From Chiloscyllium plagiosum (taxonomy: Eukaryota): a DNA stretch of 64,000 bases. The stretch lies in the NCBI RefSeq assembly GCF_004010195.1, contig NC_057752.1, forward strand, positions 665,908 to 729,907. The letters run 5' to 3'. Within the stretch, counting starts at the first letter, position 1; every line of letters begins with the position of its first letter. The notes below the pieces were generated by a model, which saw nothing but the letters and a program-made list of their open reading frames with translations, did not search any database and was not told the DNA's origin. Shown here piece by piece: positions 61,865 through 64,000 of this stretch. Position numbers and translations under genes: made by a program.

Positions 61865-62110
61865 TAAGGAGAAACGTCTTTACCCAGAGAGTGGTGAATC
61901 TATGGAATTCATTGCCACAGAAGGCCGTGTAGGCCAGGTCATTGAGTATATTTAAGATGGAGATAGATAGGTTCTTGATTGTCAAGGGGATCAATGATTA
62001 CGAGGAGAAAGTGGAAGAATGGGGTTGAAAAACTTATCAGCCATGATTGAACGTTAGAGCAGACTCGATGGGCTGAATGACCTAACTTCTGCTCCTACGT
62101 CTTATGGTCT
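61865..62110 (+). mobile_element. CR1 3' fragment
   Basis: TTTACCCAGAGAGTGGTGAATCTATGGAATTC and CR1-type 3'UTR. Confidence 0.75.
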
Positions 62111-63309
62111 AAATATATGTTGCTTCAAAGAGAAGGAACTGTGGACACAGAATACAGATATCTCTGCATTTCCCCAAGAGGGGCAGATAACTGACCATCA
62201 AGAAGGGATTGGTTGACTGAATAGCATTTTCTAAGAGGATAAATGAGAGAGCAAATAGAACAATTTCACATCATGGATTTGTGTGTAGTGGAGGGGAAAT
62301 TGCCTTTACTGATGGAGATTAATCTTGTGATCACTTATGATGTCTGTTGAGTATAATTTGTGTAAAGAATGAATGATACAGTAAGTTCTCAGGCCTGGAA
62401 TAAAGTTGAGTGAAACAGATGGATGAAAATTTCATGTTGTTGACCAGAAGGGAACCATGTGCATTCTGAATAGACCCAATTCCTAGTGGGGCCACAGCAC
62501 AAAACAGCCTCGAATTGGCTATTTCACAGGATTGTAGTGTGGGAAATGAAATATTTGTTGTCATTTAAAGTGTCACCCTTTCACGAAAGGGATTTTTTTG
62601 GTAAACACACTTCTGTTTCAATATGGAATATTAGTTTCTTTTTTTCTGAAAATGATACATTTGTTCTAACTTCAAAGCATACATTCTAGAGCATTCAACT
62701 ATCTTTCTTGTCTGTTAATTTACAATCCTCGACAGCAGTTATCTCTGATCGTCTATCTTAAATATTCCATGTACCAGCCACAATCCATTCACTACCAGTT
62801 CACCTGACGTGTTCCAACTTTCAGAAATCCAATCTACTCACTTTAAGTTGTTCTGGAATTTCCCCTCATCCTTCCAAAGGTTTTCTGTTGTCTTAAAACA
62901 AAATTGAGTAGGGCATCAGATAGGGCATCCTCTACCAAAATACCCTGCACCTACTGCTGCTCAAGAGCTAAATAACAGATTCTAGCTGCATGCTAGCCTT
63001 TTGACAGAAAGGAAGGACTTCCATTTATATAGCACCTTTCTTGATTTTGATCTCAACTGGGAAGTGCACACCCCAGTGTTGAAATTAGCTATAGAGAGCA
63101 GGAAGGCTCTGGGTCTGTTCCCTCGGCCCCAGGCATGATGAGTTAATGGGTCTCAGCATGAATAGTACCATAATTGGTCTCATTGCCATGAGGTGAAAAG
63201 AGGAAAGATTGTGCAGAGTTCCCACTCCTTTAGCCTGATTTTAACTCTGTGTAAATGAATAGGTTTTGTGTCTGGATTCTAGTCTTGAACTCAGCAATGA
63301 TGCCCTTCA

Positions 63310-63760
63310 CAAAACCAAAAACATCCCAGTGCTATATAAATTGTTACCGTGGGCGGCACGGTGGCACAGTGGTTAGCACTGCTGCCTCACAGCGCCAGAG
63401 ACCCGGGTTCAATTCCCGCCTCAGGCGACTGACTGTGTGGAGTTTGCACGTTCTCCCCGTGTCCGCGTGGGTTTCCTCCGGGTGCTCCGGTTTCCTCCCA
63501 CAGTCCAAAGATGTGCAGGTCAGGTGAATTGGCCATGCTAAATTGCCCGTAGTGTTAGGTAAGGGGTAAATGTGTGGGTTGTGCTTCGGTGGGGCGGTGT
63601 GGACTTGTTGGGCCGAAGGGCCTGTTTCCACACTGTAAGTAATCTAATCAGAACTAAAATATCCCAGTGCTATGTAAATTGTCACAGAACTGAAATATTC
63701 CAGTGCTATATAAATTGTCACAGAACTAAAACATCCCAGTGCTATGTAAATTGTCACAGA
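63310..63760. repeat. 36-bp minisatellite (one unit before and three after the HE1 SINE)
   Basis: CAGAACTAAAACATCCCAGTGCTATRTAAATTGTCA units at 63310, 63649, 63685 and 63721. Confidence 0.9.
63351..63648 (+). mobile_element. HE1-type tRNA-derived SINE, full length and young (CpGs retained)
   Basis: A-box TGGCACAGTGG 63362-63372; B-box GGTTCAATTCC 63406-63416; CR1-like 3' end GGGCCGAAGGGCCTGTTTCCACACTGT; TAATC tail. Confidence 0.92.
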
Positions 63761-64000
63761 AAACAAGAATGCTTGAGTGAAGTGCTGGCACCCACAAAAG
63801 CATAACCCACAAGACTCAACATCTGAAGGGGATTAAACAGGCTTTCCTACTTGTAACCAAAATTTTCAGGTCTGCTCTGGAAACTGTCATCAAAATATAT
63901 GAACGTGAATAAATTCTGCACTGCTTTTAAGTTTTTAAAGTTTCTTCCTGTTTTGTATTTTCATCTGATTGAGTCACTGAGTGACCAGTTAAAGTAGATT

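Noticed and set aside
63351..63425. tRNA gene
   Set aside because: The A/B boxes are the head of a multi-copy HE1 SINE; no complete cloverleaf or Pol III terminator

Overview
Eukaryotic, repeat-dense DNA from a cartilaginous fish. The shark/ray assignment is inferred from HE1-type SINEs, HER1/CR1 LINEs and SacSINE1-like DeuSINEs. The only host coding sequence I can support is one large coding exon at 56259-57576 (+). It matches the N-terminal exon of the long isoform of AGAP2 (PIKE-L) through the blocks LQRRTT.HISLTLVKLE, KGKSRTLDNSDIH and RDRKMLKFISGIFTKS, and ends at a phase-1 GT donor. The rest is intronic or intergenic and filled with CR1 and L2 LINE fragments, three SINE types, solo LTRs, a Gypsy integrase relic, a hAT (Buster/Charlie-like) relic and minisatellites. 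The most notable structure is a set of about 20 Penelope-like element (PLE) insertions from five distinguishable families. The families carry minimal type I hammerhead ribozyme motifs (CUGANGA-N-stem II-GAAA-palindromic stem III-NUH). Many copies are fold-back palindromes with 10-16 bp target-site duplications (TSDs), and three retain GIY-YIG endonuclease C-termini. Other rearrangements include two locally templated insertions and an inverted CR1 consistent with twin priming. Assembly gaps lie at 14999-15102, 38266-39242 and 51233-51277. Family names come from my own recognition of the sequence, not from a database search. Boundaries of old repeats are approximate.
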